Source: Pseudovirgaria hyperparasitica (Eukaryota). Taken from it: a DNA stretch of 64,000 bases. The position numbers and the translations under genes are program-made. This document shows, in pieces, positions 1 to 14,000 of this stretch. The notes beneath the pieces were generated by a model, which was not told where the DNA came from, did not search any database, and worked only from the letters and a program-made list of their open reading frames with translations. The DNA lies in the NCBI GenBank assembly GCA_010093815.1, contig ML996572.1. One strand, given 5' to 3'. How positions within the stretch are numbered: position 1 is the first letter of the stretch; each line of letters opens with the position of its first letter.

Positions 1-179
1 CGTTCCCCTATTCATATCATACACCCACAAACCCCCCAATCCATCCGTCCACAAATCCATACATACATGCATACACACACACACGCACGAACGCACGTCC
101 AAAGCAAGCAAGCCCTCCACTCCCCCCCAAAGAACACCCTAAACACCCCACTACAAGCCCACCCTACTTCAAGCCCACC

Positions 180-3100
180 CTACTTCATCCCCTTCAAAAA
201 CCCATCCAGGTTAAACTCCTCCTCATACTGCCTCTCATCCCACAACTCGCCAATCTCATCGAGAAAGCCCTTCTTGCCCTTCTCGCGCAGCTCGCCCGTG
301 GCGTCAACGGCGTCTTCGGCGTTGACGAGCGCACCATCACTGTCCTGCTGGTTCTGGTAGGCGGCCGGGCCGTCGGCGGAGGAGTCGGTGGAGATGTTGA
401 AGAGGTCGAGGATCTGGTCTGTTTCCATGGTGCCGAGGCCGGCGTTTTGCTGGTTGACGACGGTGGAGGCGACGTCGATCTTGAAGCGTTGGAGGCTGCA
501 TGGGTTGTTAGTGAATGGGGTACGTCATAGGGCAAGCAAGCAGAGGGGACCTACCTCAAAATCTTCTCCTCCAGCGTCCCGCGCGTCACGATCCGGTACA
601 CGTTCACGACCTTCTTCTGGCCGATGCGATGCGCCCGGTCCATGGCCTGCATGTCCTTCTGCGGATTCCAGTCGTGCTCCACAAAGATAACCGTGTCTGC
701 CCCCGTCAGGTTCAGCCCCAGCCCACCCACGCTCGTCGTCAGCAGCAACACATCATAGCTCGGGTCGCTGTTGAATTTATTCACAATGTCTTGCCGCTTC
801 GAGGACTCGACCGAGCCGTCCATGCGCAGGAATTGCACGGATGGCAGCAGTTTGGCGAGCACTTCGCTCTGCACCATGTCGAGCATTTCCTTCATCTGGC
901 AGAAGATGAGCGCGCGGTGCTGGGACACGGCGGAGCTGGCGGAAGGAATGTCGGTGACGCCGTGCGTGGGGTCGGACGAGGGCGCGCCGATGCCGCAGTC
1001 GACAAGCAAGTCTCGCAGTGCCATCAGCTTGGGTGCGTGCACGGGGTCTTTCAACGTGGTGCCTTGGGCGCGCAGGTATGCTTGTGTTTGGGCATAGTCT
1101 TTGTGGCCCTCCTTCATGACAAAGGCCGGCGAGTTGCAGAGCTTGCGCATGTATTGCAGGGCCTGGAAGATGTGTTTCTTGGCCTCTTTGTCCGACGCGC
1201 TGGCCTGTTCGGCAATAGCCTTGCCTTGTGTCTTGGTGAAGTTTTCGAAGAGGCGCTTTTGCAGGTCAGACAAGTCGCAGTAGTAGTTTTGGAGGATCTT
1301 GGGCGGCAGGTCGTTGAGGACTTCTTCTTTGAGGCGGCGGAGCAGGAACGGGAGGACTTGTTTGTGCAGGGCTTCAATCGCGAGCGCGCCGGCTTCTTGT
1401 TCTTTGGAGGACGACTTGCTGAATCTGCTGGCGGCGATGGGTTTGGCGAAGCGGTCTTGGAACACCTTTTCAGTTCCGAGAAAGCCGGGCATCAGGAAGT
1501 CGAATAGTGACCAGAGCTCCAGCACGTTGTTCTGGATAGGCGTGCCGGAGAGGATCAGCCGATGATTACTGGCGAGTTGCTTGACAGCAACGGTCGTCTT
1601 TGCTTTCGAATTCTTGATCAGATGGCCTTCGTCAAGCACGAGATAGTTCCATTGAAGCGGTCGCAGCACATCGCTATCATTGCGAGCAATCTCGTACGAC
1701 GTAATGACGATATCCACGGATTGCAGTCTTGACCGCACCTTGGCACGCTCAACCGGCGGTCCAACATAAGCAGCCGCAGTGAGGAAGGGCGCATACGTCT
1801 TGATTTCTTGTTGCCAATGCCCGGACAGGGTCGGTGGGCAGATGATGAGGGTGGGCAGACGCCTGGAATCGGGCGACTGTGTTTTGGCGTGCTCTTCCGC
1901 CCGCATGTGATGATCGCTGGCCACCATACAAAGTGTTTGTAGCGTTTTGCCAAGCCCCATGTCATCGCAAAGAATGCCATGTAGGTGATATCTGTTTAGG
2001 AAGGCCAGCCAATTGACACCTTCTTGCTGGTAAGAACGAAGCTCTGCCTTGATTGCGACAGGAACCTCAAAAGGCTCGACCTTCTTCGCGTCGAGCATCT
2101 GTGCAATGAACTTTCGCTCCTTCTCCCGACCCTTGAGCAGTTCTTCGGACAGTCCCGGTGGATCCGGGATTCCGGCTTCGAGCGGAACGAGCTTCACCAA
2201 TGTGGCGAACGTGGTTGTTGCAATAAGACGGACATCGTTGTCTGCATCACTCATGCGACCGAGGACAGGAACTATGAGGAATATGACGTATGGAAGTATG
2301 CCATCCTCCATGACATGGATTAAGTGGTACACGCATTCAATCGAGCCCTGCCGACAGTGAAGGTCAACTGGATTGCTGATGGAAGGCAACACCTTCTCCA
2401 CGAGCATCGTAATGGCGTCCACGGTCATGACGCTGCATATTGTGGCGAAGCATTTCGCTGCTGCATATCTCAGAACGGCCAGTCTCGATTGCAGAGCCTT
2501 TGTGATGAGCGGTAGGAGTTCTTTGACGAAGCCATAAAGGTCCGGATGGAATTTGCCAATCAGAGCTCGCAAGGTAGAGAGGCCATCGACAGTTTCCTGG
2601 CCGAGTGTTGAACCACTATCTGCAATGTCGGCTGGTAGATCGGCTCCAGAGAAGGTCTGGTGGATCGGGGACTCGATCAGCGTCCGCAATATAGGGATCT
2701 TATTGAACAAGTCACCGCCGTAGTTTCCGACGAGTTGCTCCAGAGCCTCTCTGGCACCTCTGCGTGTGATTCTAGCTTCCTTCGCGGCGAGTTCAAAGGC
2801 GACCTGGTCTGGGTGATCGCGAATGTCCTCTTCTTTCCTCAGGGATAGAATACCACCGCCGATGTCTGCATTGGGGTGGAACTCGGGCGTCTCGGCTGTC
2901 TCCATGCAATAGAACTTGACAAGGTTGCCCACAACCTTCTCCACAATGACACGTTTGCCGGTCTCAGCAACATGTTGGATCATCTTGGCAATGGCAGCAG
3001 CAGACCGCTTCTGCAATTCCACGTTTTCCTCTTTTTTGACACTGTCCATCATGCCCCTGATTGTTAGCGCGGGCTTCTTTGGAACAGCTTGAAGTGCGAC

Positions 3101-6100
3101 GACTGCAGAGGCTGCGGCTGCCCTAATCCTGGTATCACGAATTTCTTTGACCTTCCGTGCATCCTTCGAGGCGATCAGGACCTCCTCACGCGCGGTCTTG
3201 AGAGAGGCTTGGGCGGTCATACGAGCGCCAGGAGCCATACTCTTGAAAAGCCTATCCCAGTCTGGCCCGGCAAGCTTTTCGCCGTCGGCGACTCCAAAGG
3301 CAAATTTCGGATTAGCAGCTGGATCGCCTTGAACAACGGCAGCAATCATAGGTGGAGATTTAATCTTCCCTTGCTCCACAAAGGTGTTGAGGAGGGATTG
3401 GCATTGCGCACGCAGGACGTGGAGATAGCTGGTAAGATCCTCGTAGTAGACTGGACGCTCGTCCTCGATCATGGGCCGGAGTTCATCCGCAAACGCTCTC
3501 GAAAGGTCATCTGCTTGCGACATGGCTCTTCCGTATTCTTCTGTAATCATGGCGGCGATGAGTTGGGTGCTGGACTTTGACGACTTCAGATGCGGTATTA
3601 CGGCTTTGGAGAAGGCTTCAAAGCGCGATGCGGCAGGCCACACGGCCATGGCTTTACCCAAGGCTTGAGCGGACACGATCTTGGAGCGGATCAAGACATC
3701 TACACCAACAAGGTCAACGTCACCTTGGATCATCGGTCCATCAATGTTGTGGCGAGATTCTGGAGGTGATGGCTCGTCTTTTCCCTTGGACGACTTCTTC
3801 CGCCCTCTCTTCGCTGGGACTGGCTCAGGGGGAGGAGAAGTCTTTCGCGCAGAGGGATGGGAAGGTAGCGAGAATGTCTGACCGGATGGACGTATGAATA
3901 AAGCCGCTTCCATAGGTATCGGATGCCTTGAAACACCAATGGGATGGACGGTGAGCCGGATGAGAGGATCCATGATGGGCCCAAACTCTGCGGCAAATAC
4001 TTCAGGCCCTTGCGCAGACAGAGCATCAACAAGAGCTGTCCAGACCTGGAGCGATAGCTTGAGGACTGGCTCGTTCCGCTCTACCAGCAAGTTCTGGTAT
4101 ATCAGACGAAGTGCCTTTGCATTAATCCATCCAGTGGTGCCCTGACCTTCAATGTCCAAGAATGTAAGTAGAGCACGGAGCACTGCCGATCGTACGCTCG
4201 TGATGGTGTGGCGGAGAAAGGGATATAATCGTGGCACGAGTTCTGCAAAAGACTGTTCCTCGTCCTCGGCGGCGTTCTTCTTCATCGCGAGCAATACTTC
4301 TGGGAAACTACACAGCTTGGCGAGAAGATCCATGACCGAGCCAGTACTGGCGCTCAAGTCGTCGCTGAGATTCGAGAGGCATTCCCAGACAACGTGTATC
4401 AAGCTGTCGAGCTTATGAGGACGCAGTGTGACGAATTCCCTGGCGACAGGGATCAACGTCGCTGCACCCACGGCCCTCACATCATCGTCAAAGTCGCTCA
4501 GGCCTCTCATGACGGCCGCCAGGATACCATCGACAAGCTCAGCATCCTCGAGCAAGAGATCGGCACGCACGGCGACGAGATAACGCATCCCAATCATGCC
4601 GCCATGCGAGGCCTGCCAGATACGCATCGTGTCCTTGGTTTTCTCTTCCATGACAAGACTGTATAGAATCTTGTAGACTCCCTTGACCGATGCAAGCGAC
4701 AGATATTGAGCCAGGGAACCCAGAGTCTGACCGACAGTCTCTCGAATAGGGGCCACGACGTTGTCAGAAACATAGTCGCCAAACCGGTCCAACATGAAGA
4801 CGCAGCAGATGCGGCAGGCCAGATCGTCCAGCCATCTCTGGTTGAGGATGTCGTTCTGCGACCTTGACTTGGCCTGCCGACGTCCCGCGCCCGCACCATG
4901 AACACGAAGAACTTCTCTCAAGCCCATCGCTGCACCGTGCCGGATCTCCCAGTTCTGGTCAAAGAGGTCCACGGTCAGGATTTCGCACAAGCGTTCGTAT
5001 GGCCACTCGTCGCCTCGCTCTTCTGCTTCAGTCTGGATAGTCGACTTCTCTGGAGGAGGGAGACCCTTGAATTCGGCAACGAGTTTGGAGTCGTCATCAC
5101 CACCTTTCCTGTCTAGGGTAAAGTAGTCGCTGATATCTTTGGGATCATCCTCGCTGTCTTCGCGCTTAATCTCCTGTTTCACGGGATGAGGGGTGGCGGC
5201 GTGCGAGCTGGCCGGCGTTTGCGGCGTGTCCGACGCCATCTTGCGCGGCCCTAGATCCATGACCTGTACTTTGTTTGCTTGCTGGTGCAAGTCCTTTTTA
5301 GCCTTTCGCTTGAGCATGTTCAGTTGCCGCTTGCTTAGTGAGTTGCCATTTTCGTCTATTGGGGTAGCCAAGGCAGGGGTAGGAGAGCTCCCTCCGTCGG
5401 GTTTTGAGATGCTGTCTTGCCTTGAGATTGAGGTGTCGAGTCTGGGAATGGCAGGTGTCTGCATCGCAATATCGGTCTCTGTGATGAGCTCTTCCTCGTT
5501 GTACTCGCCACCAAGACCCAATCGCGAAGTCAGACTCTTCTTTTGATGGGCCAGGCGTTGTGCAGGGTCCATGGCGGCGAGCTTGATGTCATATTCCTTG
5601 CCAGCACTACCGAGCAGAGGCTTGCCAAACTTTAGAATGGACTGACAGTCGAGGGTACTGAGCTGGAGCTGATCGTCGGACAGGGGCAAGGATGCTTCGT
5701 CCTCGTCTTTTTTGATGGTTGATCCATTGGAGCCATTGCTCTCGTGCTTCGTCGTCGAGTCGCCATCGTCAGCATTGGGGTCGAACTTTTCGGCATTGTC
5801 AACGATGCCGCCGATTGCCTTGGCAGCAGCAGTCCGGGTGTCCCAGTTCTTGGACCGGAGATATGGGATGACTCTGGTCAGAAGATTGAACAGCTCATCT
5901 GGGTGCTGCTTCTGGACATCTGCAAGTTGCTGGGCCGCAGTGTTGCGAATGAGTGGAGTACTACCGGTCTCTAGAAGTCTGCAGAGTGGTTAGTAAGACA
6001 GCAAGGCATGGATTGGAGTCAAGGGTATGTCAGGCAGGGTATGTCAGGGTCAAGACAAAAGCCTGGGGTGGATAGACTCACGTGACAAGACGATCTAGTC

Positions 6101-6169
6101 TATATTAGGATTAGCGTAGAGCCAAGACGAAGCGGCAGAGCTAGCATGTAACACGCACCTTGAAGCCAT
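180..6169 (-). CDS. MOT1: TATA-binding-protein-associated Snf2 ATPase Mot1/BTAF1; exons 6169-6159, 6099-6082, 5978-555, 495-180
   Basis: Spliced N-terminus MASRLDRLVTLLETGSTPLIRNTAAQQLADVQK, HEAT-repeat region, Snf2 motifs GILCDDMGLGKT, LVLDEGH, SGTPIQNN and QAMDRAHRIGQ. GT..AG introns with CTAAC/CTAAT branch sites keep the frame through to C-terminal YEEEFNLDGFL. Confidence 0.97.
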
Positions 6170-6736
6170 CCTCTACCACGGAAGCCACACGCGTCGCGTA
6201 CGTAGCCTGGACTGGCGGCGATGGTTTTAAACAGTCACTTGCAAGCATGCAGCAGCGACATGTGTACGGCTGGAAAGTGTTGAGCAAGATGGGCGCGCGA
6301 CTTGGAGAAAGACGAACAGCGAACAGCGAACAGCAGAGATGAGTGTCGCAGCGTCACGAATGGTTGTGAGGAGGAGGGTGCAAAGAGAGAAGTTGGAAGC
6401 ACAATAGTCGTTAAACATGCATCAGAATCCCAACAAGAAACACCATGCGAAAGACACGACGACGCAAGGGAAACGAAAAAAAGAGGAGAGAAAAGGGAAG
6501 AAAAGAAAGGGGAGTATGTCTTGTCGCGTCGCGTCGCGTAGTCGAGTCGAGAGGGTAAATGGAGGAGGGTATTAGGAGCAGCTAGGTAGTAGGTAAGTGG
6601 TGATGCGCCGGGAGAAGTGCGGCAGAACTGGGGTGGGTGGAGGTGGAGGTGGAGGTGGTGGCAGTGGTAGTAGGGAGTAGTGGCAGTTGTTGGTAGGAGG
6701 AGTAGTAGCAGTAGTAGGAGGAGGAGTACCTAGTAG

Positions 6737-6830
6737 CGGTGGTAGTAGTAGTAGTAGTGCGAGTAGTGGTAGTAGTGGTAGTAGTGGTAGTAGTGGTAGT
6801 AGTGGTAGTAGTGGTAGTAGTGGTAGTAGT
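6737..6830. repeat. (GTA)n/(GTAGTGGTA)n microsatellite
   Basis: Visible tandem repeat; it generates spurious poly-T/V/YH ORFs. Confidence 0.95.
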
Positions 6831-7205
6831 GATGGTTGGTGGTGCAGGTCCGTCCGTCGGTCGGTCCAGGTGCAGCAGGTGCAGGAGTGGATGTGTGGGT
6901 GTGGGTGTGGGTGGATTGATGATTTCTCTCCTTCTTCTCTTGGTGTGCGGCGGGCGGCGCTTTCTCTTTCTCTTTATAAATCTCACCCGCAAAGCCCACT
7001 CGATACCACCCCTGTCCCGGTAGACCAATCAGCTGCGTCAGGATCAGATACACCAGTCTACTTTGGGCTTAGACTCCCGCTTCGCCGACATTTGCATTTT
7101 TTTCCTTCACCACCGACTGGTGAGATTCCACGTGCTGCAAATGGGCGTAAGAATGAGGGTGAGGGTGTGTGTGTGACATGTGTGAGTGAGTGAGTGAATG
7201 GCCAC

Positions 7206-7206
7206 G

Positions 7207-7283
<77 letters not shown>
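7206..7283. repeat. (TTG)n microsatellite, about 26 units
   Basis: Perfect trinucleotide run. Confidence 0.97.
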
Positions 7284-7791
7284 CATCAACTATTCCTCTC
7301 TCAAGACATGATTCTACTGCCAGGCAGCACTGCGACAACAACATGAGTTGCGAACAGCTGTCCTTTTAGTGATGGATATTGGGTGAACGACGTTAAGGGA
7401 CTAGAGTAATCCTGCATTAAGCTCTCGCGTGTGCCCTACTATTATTATTACTAGTGTCAATCAATTTAGTGTGTATGCGCATGTGCCTGACTTCCTGCCT
7501 GATCTCTCTGCCTGACACTGCAAATATGCTGCCTGATCCCCGTCACCCCGGACCGTCCAGCTGTCACTTTGTCTTTCCTCTCTCCTCCTTCACCGATGAT
7601 GCTGCTGCTGCATCCGCCACCAGATCTCGTGACACCCATACCATATATTCCCAATTTCATATTTCCACCCTCACATATTATTGGAGTGTCAGAGTCCGTT
7701 ACTATAACATTCCTATATTGATCACGCTCGAGATGTGAGCCTATCATTCATTCATTCGTCATTATCATTACCATCATCATGGACCCTGACT

Positions 7792-7831
7792 GAGACTCAC
7801 CATGCATCATCGAGACTCACCATGCATCATC
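7792..7831. repeat. 20-bp perfect tandem duplication GAGACTCACCATGCATCATC x2
   Basis: Direct repeat read from the sequence. Confidence 0.9.
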
Positions 7832-8551
7832 CCTGTGCCTTTCCGGGGTGGTGGCCTGACCCTTGACACCGCCTCACCTGCATTGGTATATCCCATCCTG
7901 CACGTGACTGTTACCCATTGACGCCTCAGGCACCCTTCCATATCAACCTCAACCTCTTGCCTCTTTTCCTACTACCTACATACCTACCTTCTACCTACCT
8001 CTACCTACCTCTACCTATCTGTTCACTCTGCATCGTGGCAATCGTTTGACTTGAAAACCACTGCACTTGTGACTGCGAAGTCACTGCAACCTAACATCGT
8101 ACTACGCTCTTGGCCACATAAGCCATGAGCAGTCAATCAGTAATCCACATCTCTATACATCCACCATGAAGAGACACACCATGCCCGAACGAGGATGAGA
8201 GTGTAGGCGACGACGGGGATACTCATCACGAAACTTTCCAGAAAGGACTGGCAGCCCAAAAAAGTACAGACAGCATCACGTCACATTCCGCAACCGAACA
8301 TGCCTACTTCCATGTCTGAACAATGGGAATATGCGCCACCCACCTTCGAAACAGGCTAACAGGAAATATGCAACTTCATTGTCCGACATATTCAAGGCAA
8401 TACATTTGCTTACTCGTTTTCATTTCTGGAAACCGGTTCGCAATGCCCTGTGTGGCACTGTAAACTGTACCTTAGCCTGGCCGAAGTCCGCTCCTCACTT
8501 TCACCTTCACCTTCAACAACCATCGACGAACAGTCATCCAGCCTGTCTACC

Positions 8552-9631
8552 ATGCCTCTCTCTATCGACTCCTCCAGCACTGACAACACCGATATAAGCC
8601 CCTCATCTCCATGCCAAAGAGGTCCGTCACCACCGCCAGAAACACCCTCGAAGCAGCCTCTTACCTTCGACTTCCTCGGCCTACCACCTGAGCTCCGCAA
8701 TCGCAGCTACTTCTACTACACCCAGTCTTGCCTATACCCACCCGAACATGAAGACGTGCCCATAGTAATAAATGAAGGTGACGAGCTCTGCCAGTACGCA
8801 TGCGACTTCCAGAACCGGCTCTTCAAAATGCTCGTCAATCGAGCATCCTTCCAGCCTCCACTAGGGAAAGTCTGCCGCCAAATCTCCACCGAATTCACTC
8901 CCCTTTTCCAGAACAACACCGTACTCTGTCTCGGGCTGGTGGCCAGTGGCTCCTACGCCGCGAACTACATGGACGTAACAAAATACAAACCTGAAACCCC
9001 CGTCTTGTTCCGCAGAATTCATGTACTCTTTATGAATACTATCACAGTCGATGAGGACTACCTTTGGTTGCTACGCCGTTTGGTCGTTTCCCATTATGTC
9101 CATTTTGCCATCGACCTAGGGCCCCTCCCACCACCCACACAACCCGAATCTAACCCCAAATCCACCAACATCACCCCCAACCCCACCAAACGCACCTTCA
9201 CCGTCCACGCCATATTCAAAACCGAACAAGCACCGCCGCTCGACCGATCCGCCGTAAACCTAACGCGCAACATAGCCCTCTACCTCTGCCGCTTCCTCGC
9301 CGACCGCCTGGCAGAGCAGCGCGCCCTCATCCCGCACCTGCCCGTCTTCACCGTATCGGCCCTGGGCCTCGCCCTGGCCGCACTCGGCGAGGCCTTTGTC
9401 TACGCAGAGGACTGGGTCTCGAACAGAGAGTCGTTCCTCAAGTATCGTGCCCGCGGTCTGTCCTCGTACGTACCCGCGTGGGAGCAGCCGGAATTTGTAC
9501 AGTCCGTCTCCTCCGGGCGCGGCGGTGGTCTGGTGGTGAAGGAAGTGCGGAGTTACAGGCCCGACTGCTACTACAACAAAAGTATCGGAATGAGCACAGA
9601 CTGGAGATCCGACTTTTTGTATTCTTCTTAG
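8552..9631 (+). CDS. Hypothetical protein with N-terminal F-box-like motif (FLGLPPELRNRSY)
   Basis: Long intronless ORF with an ATG at 8552; the FLxLPPELRNxIY-type motif is common in fungal F-box-like orphan proteins. Confidence 0.7.
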   Translation: MPLSIDSSSTDNTDISPSSPCQRGPSPPPETPSKQPLTFDFLGLPPELRNRSYFYYTQSCLYPPEHEDVPIVINEGDELCQYACDFQNRLFKMLVNRASFQPPLGKVCRQISTEFTPLFQNNTVLCLGLVASGSYAANYMDVTKYKPETPVLFRRIHVLFMNTITVDEDYLWLLRRLVVSHYVHFAIDLGPLPPPTQPESNPKSTNITPNPTKRTFTVHAIFKTEQAPPLDRSAVNLTRNIALYLCRFLADRLAEQRALIPHLPVFTVSALGLALAALGEAFVYAEDWVSNRESFLKYRARGLSSYVPAWEQPEFVQSVSSGRGGGLVVKEVRSYRPDCYYNKSIGMSTDWRSDFLYSS

Positions 9632-9916
9632 AACCCTTTGACTCTCTCTCTTGGCACTTTTGATTTTCTTAACTCTTTTTTTTTTTTCTTTTCTTTTACC
9701 CCTAATTGGGGGATTCTATCAAAATCTCTCATCTACTTACCTACCTACCTATCTACCTACCTATCTACCTCTATAGAGTATCTAAACACTATACTAGCTT
9801 ATATATATATAGACTATTTTTTCATATATATATAGACCGACATCTTCGTAGGAGATTTATAAGGACCTGTTATTACTTTTGTACTAAAAAAGGAATTTCT
9901 TCTTCTATTCTGTCTT

Positions 9917-9917
<1 letters not shown>

Positions 9918-9963
<46 letters not shown>

Positions 9964-9988
9964 GGGGAGAGAGAGGGAGAGAGAGAGG
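9918..9988. repeat. (GA)n microsatellite
   Basis: Visible dinucleotide run. Confidence 0.95.
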
Positions 9989-10085
9989 AGTAGGTTTAGA
10001 GCTGTACGTACTGCACTGGGACTGATTAAAGTATTTATTTACTATAGAGCGAGCGAGGGAGGGAGCATTATGCGGCAAGATAGAT

Positions 10086-10163
10086 ATACATACACACACA
10101 CAAACGCACACGCACACAAACACACACGCACACAAACGCACAAACACACACACACACACACAC
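10086..10163. repeat. Imperfect (CA)n microsatellite
   Basis: Visible run. Confidence 0.9.
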
Positions 10164-11070
10164 AGTGTCAATACAACACACAGTCTACATCACCACTCTC
10201 TCCATTTCTACATAGCTACTCTGAGATAATCCCTTCACCCTTTCCCCTTTCCCTTCCCCCTCTCCTTTCCCTCCACCATGGCCATCTACCATCCATCATC
10301 ATCCATACCCATATCCACACCCATCCTCCCACATCAAATCCCCCAGCACAGCACAGCAGCATGCAAACCCCACCCAAAACGCACGCCGAATGCACAAAAG
10401 ACAAAAAAAAAAACGAACAAAAAAAGAAAAAATAGACCATCAAATCCAAAGGAAAAGAAAGCGGCGCGCTTTGTTCAACACCCCACCAATATACCCTTGT
10501 CCTGCCCTGTCCTGTCCTGTCCTTTCTTTATTCCTTTCCTGAAACACACATCCACAGACACACACACACTAAGCCGTGACGCCCAAATTACAAAACTGAC
10601 AAAGATGGCGACAAAGAGGGAGGGGGGGAGGCAGTCGATTCGGAGGGCGGGGGGGATAGAACAATGCTAGTATGTATAATGACCAGTCTCCGCGGCGCCT
10701 GCTGCTTGTGTCAAAGAAGCAGCCAGCGAGGCAAAAGACGTCCCGTCTATATGCGAGTGACAACGTGTTGTTCCGAATACAAAGAAAAAAGCCTGCTTGG
10801 AGACAAGAAACGGCCAAACTAAGACAAAAAAAAAACTGGGAATGCGTGATTTGCGCCAAAGCCTATTACGGAAACAAGATATCTGCCGAGGTTTCGAAAG
10901 AAGAAAAAAAAAGTGTCCGAGGATTACACACTGATGTAATGAGATGGTAAGTCGGTCGTGGCGAGGCATGATATTTGCCCTCTTGAACAATTCAGCTGCG
11001 CTTCACAGCATCAGGCATAGTGAAGCCGCTTGCCTCTGTGTATACGGTGCGGTGCGTTGCGTTGCGTGGT

Positions 11071-14000
11071 CTATTTCTCAATCTGCATGTGGCACCACGG
11101 ATGTTCTAGCACCTGGCCAATGGTGATGCGATTGTCGACGTCGCGGTTCAGCATCTTGCGGATGAGGTCGATGCTCTCGTTGCTCATCACGTACGGAACG
11201 CGCAGATCGTGATCCATGATCTCGTCGATGCTATAGAATGGGTTTTCCTTGTAGACGATGGTGTATAAGAGAATGCCGAGGGCCCACACATCTTGCTCTT
11301 TGCCTCGGTAAGATTTACCGGCAAGGACTTCTGGCGCAGCGTAATCTGTAACTGTGTTAGTGCTGATTTGCTGTAAGACCCTTGGTAGATACTATGGAGT
11401 TATATGAGACAGGTCGTGCTTACCTATGGTCCCGACAAAGACGTCAAAGGGTCCATTCTTGATATATGCTGCGCTTCCAAAGTCGATGAGCTTGATGTTG
11501 CCTTCGCCATCGAGAATGACATTCTCGTCCTTGATGTCACGATGCACAACCTTTGCTCTGGTATGGAGATGATGTATGGCTTCGGCGACCTGGATGAAGA
11601 TGTTGCGGCATTCCAGTTCCTCCATATTCACTCTCAGCTCTATGTAGTCGAAGAGATCCATGCCGGGCAGCCCATGTGGCACCATTTCGATGTAATAGTT
11701 GACATCATCCTCAAAGAAGTCGGCCATCTCGACAATGTTTGGGTGCTTGAAGCCGTCTCGTCGTAGGTAGTCGAGGACGTGGATCTCCAGCGGAACCGTT
11801 CCCAGTCTGCGATCTCGGGTCCACGTATCGACAAGGATGCGTCGCTTAGTCACGTACTTGATGACGGCCTTCTTGGAGTTTCCCTTGTATCGACAAAGCT
11901 TGACTTGGCCATACGCGCCCTGTCCCATCTCTTCTATTATTGCGAAATCGTTGATACTCTTCTTCCTTGGCGGCGCAGCGGCCGCCAGTGTGGTTTTCTC
12001 TGATGCGGCGCCGAGTGCGGCAATGTCTGGCATGTTTGGTACAGAATCAGATTGGGCTTCTTTCAGTTGTTGTGACAAGATTGAGATTGGTAGTGGCAAG
12101 GCTTTTGTATCGGCGTCGTCGGAGTCATCGGCCTCTGGGGCTGGTGCAGGAATGACTGACTGGCCTGGTGATGGCTGACGGGGTGGTGTGCCTGGCCGAG
12201 ACATCGGCTGCGTGACGGGGCCGACCCCGTGATTTGTAGCGTGCAGGTGGCGCGAATATGTCACCCACAACGCATATACAATGTCCGAGGGCTTGCTTTG
12301 TACACTCTCTTCATCCTCTTCATGCCTTTCATCGAGCGTGTTTGAGCTAGACTTTGTCGGCGACTTGTCGCTTTTGACTACGCGCATCTGTACGTCCACC
12401 ATGATTTCCGAGCCATCACGGTGCAGCGCAGGCAACCCACTAGGCTTCAGAAATAAAGAGGCCGCCGCATCTGTTTTGCCTTCGCGCATCGCCAACAGCG
12501 CCCTTGCACGTCTGAAGCTGTGTTCCGGAATCACAATGCCGTCAACCAGGTCAACATTGTCCTCGTCAGTCATGACACCGAGGATGCGATCGAACGAGGG
12601 AATGAGCTGGTTAACGTGCAAGCCCTCTGGTTTCGCCTGACCGAAGAGTGCCGAAAGGAAAACAGTATTTGAGCTTGCGACTTCGAGAGACGCTGCACGG
12701 AGGACCACGATGCCTGCAATGTGCGGGAAGCTGGAGACGCGAAACGTCGGCTCGTTGAGCATCGGCTCCACGCAGATTGGGATGTTGATGCTGTTGGATG
12801 TATGTGCGGTGAAGTTGCGCAACTCGTTGATTTTATCGTAGTCAAGTGCGCCCGTATTCGTGCCTGCCCGTTTTGGAATTCCTGGTATTAACCTCTGGAC
12901 ATCCATGCCTCGTCGGATGCGATCACCACCCCATATTGCTCCTGTTGCACCAGAACTCTTCACCACGCAGCCAACCTCATCGACAGTCAGTTCGACGACA
13001 TCTTCTGCAATCTCTTCTAGAACCCAAATCAGTCCACCACGCTTCTCTTTGACCCACAAGCTGGCAGAGCCAACTGCCCCGTTGCGTTTCTGAATCGGTA
13101 CGACATCTCCACATAGGATGACGCCCCGACTTTTGTGAGCCGTGTGGTTTGGGTTGGCCTTGGTGGTGGTGGCACGGCTATATGAGGATCCAGCCCCATC
13201 GTCTGTCTGCGATCGGGCTTTCGAGATTCTGGACGGCGGTTTCTTCAAAAGGCGAGCAGTGACACCATTGCCCATCGCGAGACTGGCGACAGGAGGTGGG
13301 TGGTTTGGATGTACTGGTATGTCACGTTTCGTGGAGCCCAAGTCAGGGTCTTTAAGCTTCTCTTCTAGCCATTTCCGACGTTCTTCTCGTACCACTTCTA
13401 GTATACCGAGTTTCCGCACCTCTGCTCTTGTCACTCCAAATACCAAACATGCGAGATCGTTTGCCGAAGTAATGGTCCAAGGGTATTTTGCGTCTGTTGT
13501 GAAGATAGCTTGTGCCGCTGGCGACCACCGGTTGCCGTGACCATGTGGTGCTGGGTGTCCTGATGGTGGAGCTATAGCTGACATTGGCTGAGGAGATGTG
13601 ATGAGGGCGCTTGGTTGTATGATCTGGTCGAGTTTCGGGTCCTCCCCAACAATGTATGGTTGTGCGAGTGCGTCATTGAGTTTTGTTTGTAGAGTAAGGG
13701 GCCCAATATCAGTGTAGGTTCGCTTCAAGGAGGCTCGTGGACCACGACCCGAGGATCTATGTGATTCCGGTGACGCTGTAAACCTGAAAGTGTGAGGGTC
13801 TGCTGTAGGGCTGATGAGGTCTTGGTCCATAACGGTAGCACTACTTGGCTCTTGCATTTGTGAAGAGCTTCCACCGGACACTGTACGGGAAGTTTCGTCA
13901 GACGATTGCCCCTCTCTGATGTCAGTCGGACTTTCAGATCGGAAAAAACTCTTTTCGAATATGTTCTCTCCACTCGCAATGGCTGGACCAGTGATGGGAC

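Noticed and set aside
515..1507. 330-aa + strand ORF and other long antisense ORFs (e.g. 19949-20683)
   Set aside because: Antisense shadows of GC3-rich MOT1 and GH71 codons
6582..7344. Poly-T, poly-V, poly-Q, poly-N and YYH ORFs
   Set aside because: Translations of (GTA)n and (TTG)n microsatellites; no coding signal
9730..9900. Short TpA-rich patch resembling RIP
   Set aside because: Explained by (CTAC)n and (TA)n low-complexity sequence in a 3' intergenic region; no repeat homology seen
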